Positions 17,392 to 24,538 of a stretch of DNA of 64,000 nucleotides are shown one piece after another (within the stretch, counting starts at the first letter, position 1; each line of letters opens with the position of its first letter). The stretch is from a virus. The notes beneath the pieces are model-generated. The model searched no databases. It was not told where the DNA came from and saw only the letters and a list, made by a program, of their open reading frames with translations. Both the position numbers and the translations under genes were made by a program. The stretch covers positions 1 to 64,000 of IMG/VR virus record IMGVR_UViG_3300035492_000030; one strand, 5' to 3'.

Positions 17392-17605
17392 ATAGAAAAT
17401 TTCAATTGGAAGCATAGCTAATCTTTGGTTATGCTTCTCTCAACACAAACAACGCAAGTGGTGAACAAAATGTTAGAAATGATTGCAAAGGAAATTTTGC
17501 AAATGGCAACGTGGCTTGTGTTGAAACAAATCACGGCAAACCATAAAGTAAAAGTGAACGCAAAACGCATTTACGCCTAACATTGACATTTAAGGAATAA
17601 GCCAC

Positions 17606-17986
17606 ATGTTCCACACTAATCCTGAAATCAATGCTCAAATCACTGAAGCTATTGCAATGTTCTGCAAAACTAACAAAGTGAACAAAGCAAAAACCGAGCA
17701 ATTCGTCAGCTCAATTCTTGGTATGCTTCCTAAGGCTGGGAAGCCTGTTAGCCAAGAAAGCATTCGCATCCGCAACGAAATCAAAGCAATGATTGAGGAG
17801 CTGAAGCAATTTGAGGAAGGGTTTACGGCTAAGGAGCTTGCGAAGAAGCTAGAAGCAACCCCAGTTGATACCATCAACAATCTCAAGTGGCTTGCACAGA
17901 ACGAAGGAATTATAACGGAATTCGGAAAGCTTGAGCATCAGCCAGGGCAACGTGGTCGGAGGCAGATGCTTTGGCGTGTGGCTTAA
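17606..17986 (+). CDS. Hypothetical protein, possible winged-helix DNA-binding protein
   Basis: 126-aa ORF. FTAKELAKKLEATPVDTINNLKWLAQNEGII looks like a wHTH. Weak call. Confidence 0.5.
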   Translation: MFHTNPEINAQITEAIAMFCKTNKVNKAKTEQFVSSILGMLPKAGKPVSQESIRIRNEIKAMIEELKQFEEGFTAKELAKKLEATPVDTINNLKWLAQNEGIITEFGKLEHQPGQRGRRQMLWRVA

Positions 17987-18001
17987 TCGGAAGATATCAA
18001 A

Positions 18002-18415
18002 ATGCGAAAAGAAATAACGTCAAAATTGCTTCAAACAGTTAAAGTTGTGGCTTGTGTTGATAGTGTAATATATGGGATTCCATATCTTATGCGAGAAGGG
18101 CAGTCGCCAAAAGACGTTAAAGATAAATATCGAGGAGACTGGATTTACCTTCGTAATATGTCAGGGTTTTACGGGGATAAAACCAAAGAAGAACTAGGAG
18201 TAGTAAAAGCATTTCTAGCATTCACGGGGGTGCCAAGTTATAATGGAGAATGGTTTGAAGTTGATTGGCTTTGCCCTGTATGCGGTGACTCGGATTGGCT
18301 TATTCCGTTTTATGAAGATGGTTTATACATGACAGGTTGTATGGGTTGCAAAGCTGAATTCTCCAATAGCTACCAGTTATCAGCAAATAAAAAGCTGATA
18401 GAAAATAATAATTAG
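18002..18415 (+). CDS. Hypothetical protein with CxxC zinc-ribbon motifs
   Basis: 137-aa ORF with CPVCGDSDW ... CMGCKAEF. Confidence 0.55.
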   Translation: MRKEITSKLLQTVKVVACVDSVIYGIPYLMREGQSPKDVKDKYRGDWIYLRNMSGFYGDKTKEELGVVKAFLAFTGVPSYNGEWFEVDWLCPVCGDSDWLIPFYEDGLYMTGCMGCKAEFSNSYQLSANKKLIENNN

Positions 18416-18477
18416 TCAAAATCTTTTGGTGTTGCTAAGATTTAACCATCAAAAGCAAACAACCAACGGTGACGAAA

Positions 18478-18678
18478 ATGCTTAATCAATTCATCTTCAA
18501 AAGCTGGCACGGTAGCGAAACTACAATCTCCGCTTATGACATTTTTGATGCAGAGAAACAAATACTCCAGATCATGCGTGTTTGTGATTTCAAAGGTGAT
18601 TTTGACAAGGCTTTGAAGTGTTACAAAGTCAGCGGCGGAATTAATGCAATCAAGGAAGTCCAAACAATTTACAGTTAA
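18478..18678 (+). CDS. Hypothetical protein
   Basis: ATG at 18478. C/A-rich leader shared with the gene at 19623. Confidence 0.5.
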   Translation: MLNQFIFKSWHGSETTISAYDIFDAEKQILQIMRVCDFKGDFDKALKCYKVSGGINAIKEVQTIYS

Positions 18679-18787
18679 TAGAAAAGATTTATCAGAAGCG
18701 TCTAAACCAATAGAAACAATAAATTAGACGCTCCATCGTTTCAAGGATAATCTAGCTCTAACGAAACGAACATACAGGTAAATACAA

Positions 18788-18967
18788 ATGACTTTCGAGC
18801 AGGCACAGTCACAAGCCATCCGCACCAAAGACTATTTCCCCTTCCGCATTGTTTGGATTAAGGAAGTAGACAATGGCGCCGATTATGAAGTGTATGCAAA
18901 AACAACCAAACACGGGCTGAATAAAGCAATGCGCGAAGGTTGCAAAGTATGGGTGGTTGGAAAATGA
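18788..18967 (+). CDS. Small hypothetical protein (59 aa)
   Basis: Below cutoff. ATGA overlap with the next ORF. Confidence 0.45.
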   Translation: MTFEQAQSQAIRTKDYFPFRIVWIKEVDNGADYEVYAKTTKHGLNKAMREGCKVWVVGK

Positions 18968-19149
18968 AATCTGTCATGCAATACGAATGCACTACAGTGA
19001 ATTGCGGCGGAAAAGATTATCTAGTTTATTTCTGCTATTTGTGGGATGCTGTTACTAGCTGCTGGGTATGGGATGAGGACAAGCTTTCATACAGTGAAGC
19101 TTTGGAACGATACCCTGTTTCTAAGTACGAATGGGAGTTTATTTATTGA
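18964..19149 (+). CDS. Hypothetical protein
   Basis: ATG at 18964 (MKSVMQYECTTVNCGG...), translationally coupled to the upstream ORF. Confidence 0.5.
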   Translation: MKSVMQYECTTVNCGGKDYLVYFCYLWDAVTSCWVWDEDKLSYSEALERYPVSKYEWEFIY

Positions 19150-19394
19150 TTAATTGGATTGAAATTTCAAAATTTAAAGAACCAAAATACACTGACCCTG
19201 AATATGGAGACATTTATCTTTTGTGTAAAGATTGCGGGGAAGGGACTGTACAATCTGTTTCCGTAGGTTGGTACAATCTGCAAGTAAACGGGTGGTGCTT
19301 TGCTGATTCAGACTCGTCCTATACACTCCGAGCAAGAGGCTACAGGGTGACGCATTTTGCAAAAGTGGAGAACTATCCCAAGGTGGCCAAATGA
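19131..19394 (+). CDS. Hypothetical protein
   Basis: 87-aa ORF. The start overlaps the upstream gene by 19 nt. Confidence 0.45.
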   Translation: MGVYLLINWIEISKFKEPKYTDPEYGDIYLLCKDCGEGTVQSVSVGWYNLQVNGWCFADSDSSYTLRARGYRVTHFAKVENYPKVAK

Positions 19395-19546
19395 ATAAAA
19401 GTAAATTAATATGGGCAATTACTGAACTACTGGACACAGTTAAATTCCAAGGTTTTGCTGATGGCTCTTTTAATATCTCAAAAACCCAAATGGATGGACT
19501 AGAAGAACTGATAGACGAACTCTATATTGCAGAAGATAGTGATTGA
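19391..19546 (+). CDS. Small acidic hypothetical protein (51 aa)
   Basis: ATGA overlap with the upstream stop. Followed by a terminator. Confidence 0.4.
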   Translation: MNKSKLIWAITELLDTVKFQGFADGSFNISKTQMDGLEELIDELYIAEDSD

Positions 19547-19559
19547 GAATATCAATTAG

Positions 19560-19587
19560 ACGCCAGCATTCGCTGGCGTTATTCTTT
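19560..19587 (+). terminator. Rho-independent terminator
   Basis: ACGCCAGC-attc-GCTGGCGT followed by TATTCTTT. Confidence 0.65.
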
Positions 19588-19622
19588 ACACATCAAAAGC
19601 AAACACGCCAGCAGGTACCAAA

Positions 19623-19760
19623 ATGTACAGCAAGTGCAAAGAATGCGAATCTACTCTTTGGAGTATGTGCTCCCAAGGAAAAGGAATCTGCCCGGATTGT
19701 GAAGATCTAGACCATGAGAATAAAGATTTAGAGGATCAGCTAGAGGAACTGTATCAATAG
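19623..19760 (+). CDS. Small zinc-ribbon protein (45 aa)
   Basis: CKEC...CPDC. Leader CATCAAAAGCAAACA is identical to the one upstream of 18478. Confidence 0.4.
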   Translation: MYSKCKECESTLWSMCSQGKGICPDCEDLDHENKDLEDQLEELYQ

Positions 19761-19774
19761 AAAGAATTTATCAA

Positions 19775-19804
19775 AGCTGTCTAGAAAATGTTTTCTAGAC
19801 AGCT
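19775..19804. repeat. 30-bp near-perfect palindrome (14-bp arms) in a gene junction
   Basis: AGCTGTCTAGAAAA-tg-TTTTCTAGACAGCT, immediately after the ATAGAAAGAATTTATCAA motif. Confidence 0.8.
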
Positions 19805-19872
19805 TGAGTGAACAGGCTTAACATAGGCACAACAAAACGGACAAAACGTCCAAACACAAAGGAAGAAAGAAC

Positions 19873-20094
19873 ATGGCGCTTTACTATGTAAAAGCTTTTG
19901 ATACTGTTGTTCACGGTCCTTTTAATAGTGATGAGGAGATGATGAGTTATCATTACTCAAACTTTGAAAGTGGGGATTTGCTTTCAATCCACGAAAGCAA
20001 TGAGAGCGCAGAAAAAGAGGCAAATCATAATCTGAAATGTCTACAAGACGAAGCGTCTCAACTTCTGGAGACAGATCCTGCCTATTCTAAATAG
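19873..20094 (+). CDS. Hypothetical protein
   Basis: 73-aa ORF with AAGGAAGAAAGAAC upstream of the ATG. Confidence 0.55.
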   Translation: MALYYVKAFDTVVHGPFNSDEEMMSYHYSNFESGDLLSIHESNESAEKEANHNLKCLQDEASQLLETDPAYSK

Positions 20095-20211
20095 AAAGAA
20101 TTTATCAAGATGGTTTGATGCGATAGAGATGTTTCATTAGACCATCTGAATAAATCCTTTATACTGACCACATCGAAAGGCAAAAAGCCTTTCAAAACTT
20201 GGAGAAACAAC

Positions 20212-20511
20212 ATGACCATCCAGCACACTACCGAATCCCGCGAACTGGCTCTGTACGCTGTGAACGATCGCACTTGCTACAACCAAGCTTGCGCAATCAT
20301 CGAGAGCCTGCAAAAGAAAGTCAAAGCTGGCAAGTATGACGAAAACAAAGCCCAAAAGGCATGGTATAACCTGGCTGTTTTCGCTGCTAAACGTTATGCT
20401 GTAGAATTTGACAGCGCAATAAATTGGTCTAAGATGTTTTCGGTAGCAGATCGCAAGCTTGCCGCTCTGGATTTTGCCAACCACTACAAAGAGCAAATTT
20501 TTCAAGGTTGA
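20212..20511 (+). CDS. Hypothetical protein
   Basis: 99-aa ORF with GGAGAAACAAC upstream. Codon usage visibly more GC-rich than the bulk of the window. Confidence 0.55.
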   Translation: MTIQHTTESRELALYAVNDRTCYNQACAIIESLQKKVKAGKYDENKAQKAWYNLAVFAAKRYAVEFDSAINWSKMFSVADRKLAALDFANHYKEQIFQG

Positions 20512-20579
20512 GGCTTGGCAAGCGTAAAGCGTGCAGTTATGATGGCGGCACGTTTCAACAAACTATAGGAAATCACAAA

Positions 20580-20699
20580 ATGTCTGGTAAATTCTTCTCC
20601 CAAGAAACAGCTTTCAAAATGGCTTGGACTTTTGCAAAAGCTGGTAAGGTTGTAAGGCTGAGCAAAGAGAATGGACAATGGGTCGTACTTATTAAGTAA
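20580..20699 (+). CDS. Small hypothetical protein (39 aa)
   Basis: ATG at 20580 with AGGAAA upstream. The ORF-track start at 20508 is TTG. Uncertain. Confidence 0.3.
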   Translation: MSGKFFSQETAFKMAWTFAKAGKVVRLSKENGQWVVLIK

Positions 20700-20732
20700 G
20701 TACTCCCGGAAAAAAGAATTTCAAAAAGATGC

Positions 20733-20761
20733 TTGACACACTGAAAACCACCTAGTAGAAT
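20733..20761 (+). promoter_or_regulatory. sigma70-type promoter
   Basis: TTGACA-17-TAGAAT with AAGAATTTCAAAAAG UP-like element. Confidence 0.7.
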
Positions 20762-20821
20762 GTGCAGCAAGAGAAGAGAAATGGTTCTTTCCTCAAATCA
20801 CCAAAGATAGGATTCTAGATA

Positions 20822-21178
20822 ATGGCTACCTTTACCTATAACGGCGCTACCCTCTCCTGTGAAATTAGCAGCAAAGCAAAGGAAATGAACATTGAAGCTT
20901 TCAGCATTAAGGGTGTGCGTTGGTTCCAAAAGTCTTTTGGTAACACTTACCACATTGCCTATATTTCCGCGCTTATTGATGGCACTTGGGTGGAGCTGGG
21001 ATCTACTGAAATGAGTTACGGTTATGGGGATCACTACCTTGTAACTGCTGGCGATTGGTTGATTGAGAATGGTTTCATTAATTGCGCCACTGGTTATGCT
21101 CTGGCTGGTTGTGGAGTTCGTGAAGCTCTAAATATTGAGCACTATTCCGAAGACGTGAAGCGTAAAAAAGACATGTAA
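20822..21178 (+). CDS. Hypothetical protein
   Basis: 118-aa ORF. The initiation region TAGGATTCTAGATAATG is shared with the next cassette. Confidence 0.6.
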   Translation: MATFTYNGATLSCEISSKAKEMNIEAFSIKGVRWFQKSFGNTYHIAYISALIDGTWVELGSTEMSYGYGDHYLVTAGDWLIENGFINCATGYALAGCGVREALNIEHYSEDVKRKKDM

Positions 21179-21184
21179 AAACGC

Positions 21185-21213
21185 TTGACGCATTAAAGCA
21201 GAACCACTAAGAT
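21185..21213 (+). promoter_or_regulatory. sigma70-type promoter
   Basis: TTGACG-17-TAAGAT. Confidence 0.65.
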
Positions 21214-21281
21214 AGGCAACAGAAAGCGAGGAACGGGGTACAAAGGGTGTTCCTCTCGCTTCCACCAAAGGACTCTAGATC

Positions 21282-21635
21282 ATGAAAACTACCGTTAACT
21301 TCTCCGCTTTTGTTGATGCTTTCCGTTCCATGAACCGCATGGATAACTTTTCTTATGAGGATCTGGAAGCCCTGTTCGATTATCTGGAGCAATACGAACA
21401 GGATAGCGGCGAAGAAATGGAACTCGATGTTATTGCTCTGTGCTGCGATTATGACGAAAGTGATGTTATGACTATTACTCAGGATTATCAGATCGACCTG
21501 AGCGAAGCAGATCAAGCAATCGATGAGGAAACAAAACAAGATATTATCCTCGAAACCGTTTGTGAATACTTGAACGACAATACAATAGTAGCTGGTGTTC
21601 TGGATAACGGAAACATTGTTTACGCTAATTTCTAA
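21282..21635 (+). CDS. Highly acidic hypothetical protein
   Basis: 117-aa ORF rich in D/E (YEDLEALFDYLEQYEQDSGEEMELDVIALCCDYDESD). Own promoter and a long 5'-UTR hairpin at 21224-21259. Confidence 0.6.
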   Translation: MKTTVNFSAFVDAFRSMNRMDNFSYEDLEALFDYLEQYEQDSGEEMELDVIALCCDYDESDVMTITQDYQIDLSEADQAIDEETKQDIILETVCEYLNDNTIVAGVLDNGNIVYANF

Positions 21636-21655
21636 CTAGAATTTTATCGAAGCGT

Positions 21656-21684
21656 TTGACAAGCTCAGGCGCTTCCAGTAAGAT
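21656..21684 (+). promoter_or_regulatory. sigma70-type promoter
   Basis: TTGACA-17-TAAGAT with TAGAATTTTATCGAAGCG UP-like element. Confidence 0.7.
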
Positions 21685-21720
21685 TGCTTACATACTCAGA
21701 CAGACAACGGATCAGCAACC

Positions 21721-21891
21721 ATGACAATCTCCGAAGCTTCTAAGCGTATTGCACAAGCATTGCATGACGGGCGTATATCTTTTGAAGATGCTGTTAAGGC
21801 TCAAGCCGCTATCCGTGAGCGGAAGTATTATGGTAACAGCATGACTCCCCGAGCACGTCAGAGCATCATCGAAAATCGGTTTGATATCTGA
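21721..21891 (+). CDS. Small hypothetical protein (56 aa)
   Basis: ATG about 30 nt after the predicted TSS. Co-oriented alternative to the antisense track ORF 21712..21933. No clear SD. Confidence 0.4.
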   Translation: MTISEASKRIAQALHDGRISFEDAVKAQAAIRERKYYGNSMTPRARQSIIENRFDI

Positions 21892-22017
21892 CAATAGATA
21901 AAGCCTATTGACGCGATAGAATCTTTCAATCAATAAAAAGCTTTACATCACACTCTGATTTTGGTTTAATAGCTTCAACAGCAAGGCACAACGCCTAGCA
22001 AAGCCGGAGTAACGGAC

Positions 22018-22368
22018 ATGACCAAGCAAGAAATCCTCTTCCAAGCCAAAGCTCACGAACGCTTCCAACGTGAACTGGCAGAAGCTAACAACGAACTGAT
22101 GCACTGGGACATCTCTGATGTTCTGAACGAAGAATACGAAGTTGAAGTGTTCCACGTGGAACAAACCAAGATTGAAGTAGGCTCCAAAGTGACCATGATC
22201 AATGATCTCCCGGTAGCATGGTTCAAGAACAACCGTTCCAAAACCTACCCGGTTAACCTCACTGGTATAGTGACTAAAGTGTTTAAAAATGGTCGAGTAG
22301 CCCTTCGGGTTAAGGAGCTGGACAACAAGAGCATGAACTACCCGATGACCGAGCTAACCCTCATCTAA
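22018..22368 (+). CDS. Hypothetical protein
   Basis: 116-aa ORF with GGAG RBS. Contains the 16-bp palindrome TGTTCCACGTGGAACA at 22148-22163. Confidence 0.6.
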   Translation: MTKQEILFQAKAHERFQRELAEANNELMHWDISDVLNEEYEVEVFHVEQTKIEVGSKVTMINDLPVAWFKNNRSKTYPVNLTGIVTKVFKNGRVALRVKELDNKSMNYPMTELTLI

Positions 22369-22388
22369 TTCAATTGGAGAGTGTGACA

Positions 22389-22511
22389 ATGAACATCAAA
22401 ACCACTATCAGCATGTACCTCAAACAAGCCAAGAAGTACAAAGCTATGAACCTTCCTGTGCAACGTAAGAATGCTACCGAGTTTGCTTTGTTCTATAGAA
22501 AGATGCGTTAA
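22389..22511 (+). CDS. Small basic hypothetical protein (40 aa)
   Basis: TGGAGAG RBS 7 nt upstream of the ATG. Followed by a terminator. Confidence 0.35.
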   Translation: MNIKTTISMYLKQAKKYKAMNLPVQRKNATEFALFYRKMR

Positions 22512-22529
22512 CACACAAATACATAATAT

Positions 22530-22556
22530 AGCCCCTCTCAGTAGGGGCTTTTTATT
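22530..22556 (+). terminator. Rho-independent terminator ending the rightward early block
   Basis: AGCCCCT-ctcagt-AGGGGCT followed by TTTTATT. Confidence 0.7.
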
Positions 22557-22559
22557 GCC

Positions 22560-23270
22560 TATTATTCAGCCCTCACATGAGGGCTATTACATGCCCATTA
22601 ATAGCGTGCATGGTGCACGCACAATCGCACGCTATGCGTGCTCTGCACATGTTCCACGTGGAACATACACAACGCTTTTATGCCCATTAATAGGCTGTTA
22701 TATGCTGCCCGTAACGTAGATGTGTTTGTTAAGCATATTCCTTTCTCAATATCAACTCTTTCTGTTAACCAACAGTTAACTAATACATAACACATCTTCG
22801 ATGTTATATATGCCCATATAACAACATATATGTAACACATACTCTTATGTTGTTATGGGGTATTACATTGTCTCTTATTACATGTAACACCATACAAGAG
22901 ACAATATATTAGTTCCTATATTATGCCCAGTATTAGCTGTCCATTGGACAGCACATTTAGGCGTACTCACGCCTGAATAGCCCTAATGGGCATAATGCGC
23001 CATAGGCGCTACACACTACGCCAATCCTACCCACTGGGTAGGTATAGGCTAGCGAAAGCAAAGCCCCTGTGGGGCTATCCTGGCCCATATGGGCCTATTA
23101 ATGCCCATGTATTAACCTAATGATATTTTATCATTTGATTTTATAAAATGGGTCGGCACATGGGGTGCCGTTAAACCCATCAGATACCTATCCAAGAATT
23201 ATAGAATATAGGAATATTTCTTATTGATATTATGCCCATGAAAAGCGAATAACACATGTGAATGTGTTGT
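22560..23270. repeat. Non-coding field of >=16 short unrelated palindromes/hairpins plus about 7 copies of ATGCCCAT
   Basis: See findings. Examples: 22604-22620, 22649-22666, 22818-22856, 22867-22905, 22936-22952, 22997-23009, 23026-23042, 23082-23095. ATGCCCAT at 22591, 22680, 22810, 23101, 23232, ATGCCCAG at 22923, inverted copy at 22986. Confidence 0.85.
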
Positions 23271-23401
23271 GAGATTTTTAGGGGGTTGGGTAGAAATATA
23301 AAGACGAAGTCTTATTCTTGTCTATATACTCTACCACGGATCACTACCTCCAGAGTTCATCAGTGTTTCAGACGATCAATTCTCCAAAAAAGGGGACGAA
23401 A

Positions 23402-24094
23402 TTATTTAACTGAAGGAAACAGCTTATCTGGGTGTATTCTGCACTCACTGTTATTGTTATAAGCGAGTACAGATATTTCTTTCATTGCTTTTAGAATGCT
23501 GTCTTTACCTTTCAGGAATGGGTTGTGTTCATCTCTAGTCATTAGGTGTTCAAGGTCATCCCTGATTACAATTGACTGTAGATAGTGTTCTTTAGCAATC
23601 TCCAGTAAAGACATATCACCTCTCCAAGAAAGTAGTGGATTCACTCTGATTACAATATCACCTCTAAATGGGATATTTCTGTATGACACAGACAGGATGG
23701 TTCCTTCTAAAGACTTCAACACTTCTGCAAGGTGTTTGGATTCAATACACTCGGATAGGTGTTTGATATTTCCAATGTAGTAATTCCATGCTGTAATATT
23801 TTCAGCTAGGAATGTGATTAGTTTGATTTGTCTTTTAGTGTAGTGTGATACAGCACAGGCTAGTAGATATTTGCTGTTAATTAGTGGCTTGTTCTTTATG
23901 TAAGGGTCGATGTTCTCTAAGGATTCAATCAGATGGTCTTGTGTCTTACACTCAGAAGGCCATTTGGTTTCTATTCCAATGTATTTCTTGTAGTGTGATT
24001 TCTTTCCTTTTGGTCTCTTTGTTTCTATGATTTCTCCTGTAAGATCATCAATTAGGAGTGGTCTGTGTTTCTCGTCGTGTTCCAATTTTAACAT
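23402..24094 (-). CDS. Hypothetical protein, possible wHTH DNA-binding protein; paralog of 36190..36744
   Basis: 230-aa ORF. Shares TGEII/TGEVV, WPSEC/YPSEC, ITFLAENITAWN/IKFLSLNVVAHN and VNPLLSWRG/MNPVLMYKG blocks with the 36190 ORF. Confidence 0.6.
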   Translation of the reverse strand: MLKLEHDEKHRPLLIDDLTGEIIETKRPKGKKSHYKKYIGIETKWPSECKTQDHLIESLENIDPYIKNKPLINSKYLLACAVSHYTKRQIKLITFLAENITAWNYYIGNIKHLSECIESKHLAEVLKSLEGTILSVSYRNIPFRGDIVIRVNPLLSWRGDMSLLEIAKEHYLQSIVIRDDLEHLMTRDEHNPFLKGKDSILKAMKEISVLAYNNNSECRIHPDKLFPSVK

Positions 24095-24114
24095 TTATGT
24101 TCTCCAAATATAAG

Positions 24115-24136
24115 AAACCCTCAATTAAGAGGGTTT
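24115..24136 (-). terminator. Hairpin terminator (works in both orientations)
   Basis: AAACCCTC-aattaa-GAGGGTTT with T-runs on both sides. Overlaps the stop of the 24121 gene. Confidence 0.5.
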
Positions 24137-24321
24137 TTATTATTTTCTAAATATTCTGAATATCTTTTCTTTATCTCTTTACCAATACGCCCGCCTTGGT
24201 CTAAATGCCAATCCACCTCTTTCCATCCAAACCAATATTTCTTTTGAATAGAATACACAAATTCGTGTGACTTTTCAAATCCCCTATCGTTTACTTGTCT
24301 TACAATGCGATATTTAGTCAT
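24121..24321 (-). CDS. Hypothetical protein
   Basis: 66 aa from the ATG at 24321, which abuts the upstream stop. The ORF-track start at 24405 overlaps the upstream gene. Confidence 0.45.
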   Translation of the reverse strand: MTKYRIVRQVNDRGFEKSHEFVYSIQKKYWFGWKEVDWHLDQGGRIGKEIKKRYSEYLENNKNPLN

Positions 24322-24322
24322 A

Positions 24323-24538
24323 TCAAATCTCTGAATTGTTGTAGATGAGACGCCAACACCCATTACTGAGTTGCCCAAACTGACCACCAGTAATTCTAAA
24401 GGCATGAATGAAATCTGTCAATGCTGAAAGAGATTTAAAATCCATACTACGTTGCTGTGGAGATTGTAGCTCCCCTTCAATTGCAAAGTCATTCAGAATT
24501 TCTTCGTTTTGATTTTGAGACATCTCTGTTTGACTCAT
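24323..24538 (-). CDS. Hypothetical protein
   Basis: ATG at 24538 preceded by GGGAGGTAAAGGA, overlapping the upstream stop. Confidence 0.5.
   Translation of the reverse strand: MSQTEMSQNQNEEILNDFAIEGELQSPQQRSMDFKSLSALTDFIHAFRITGGQFGQLSNGCWRLIYNNSEI

Noticed and set aside
21906-21936. Promoter TTGACG-17-CAATAA upstream of gene 22018
   Set aside because: The -10 hexamer is poor, and an alternative TAGAAT at 21915 has no properly spaced -35. It was left uncalled.
22560-23270. Possible CRISPR array, because of many short repeats
   Set aside because: The palindromes all differ in sequence. The only recurring unit (ATGCCCAT) is 8 bp long and irregularly spaced (89-131 bp), and one copy is inverted. 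There is no repeat-spacer periodicity and no cas genes.
22471-23462. Track ORFs 22471..22719 (+), 22598..22840 (-) and 23262..23462 (+) inside the palindrome field
   Set aside because: They have no RBS, read straight through stacked palindromes (mirror-image peptides such as FHVEHV on both strands), have odd composition, and cross terminators. They are most likely chance frames.
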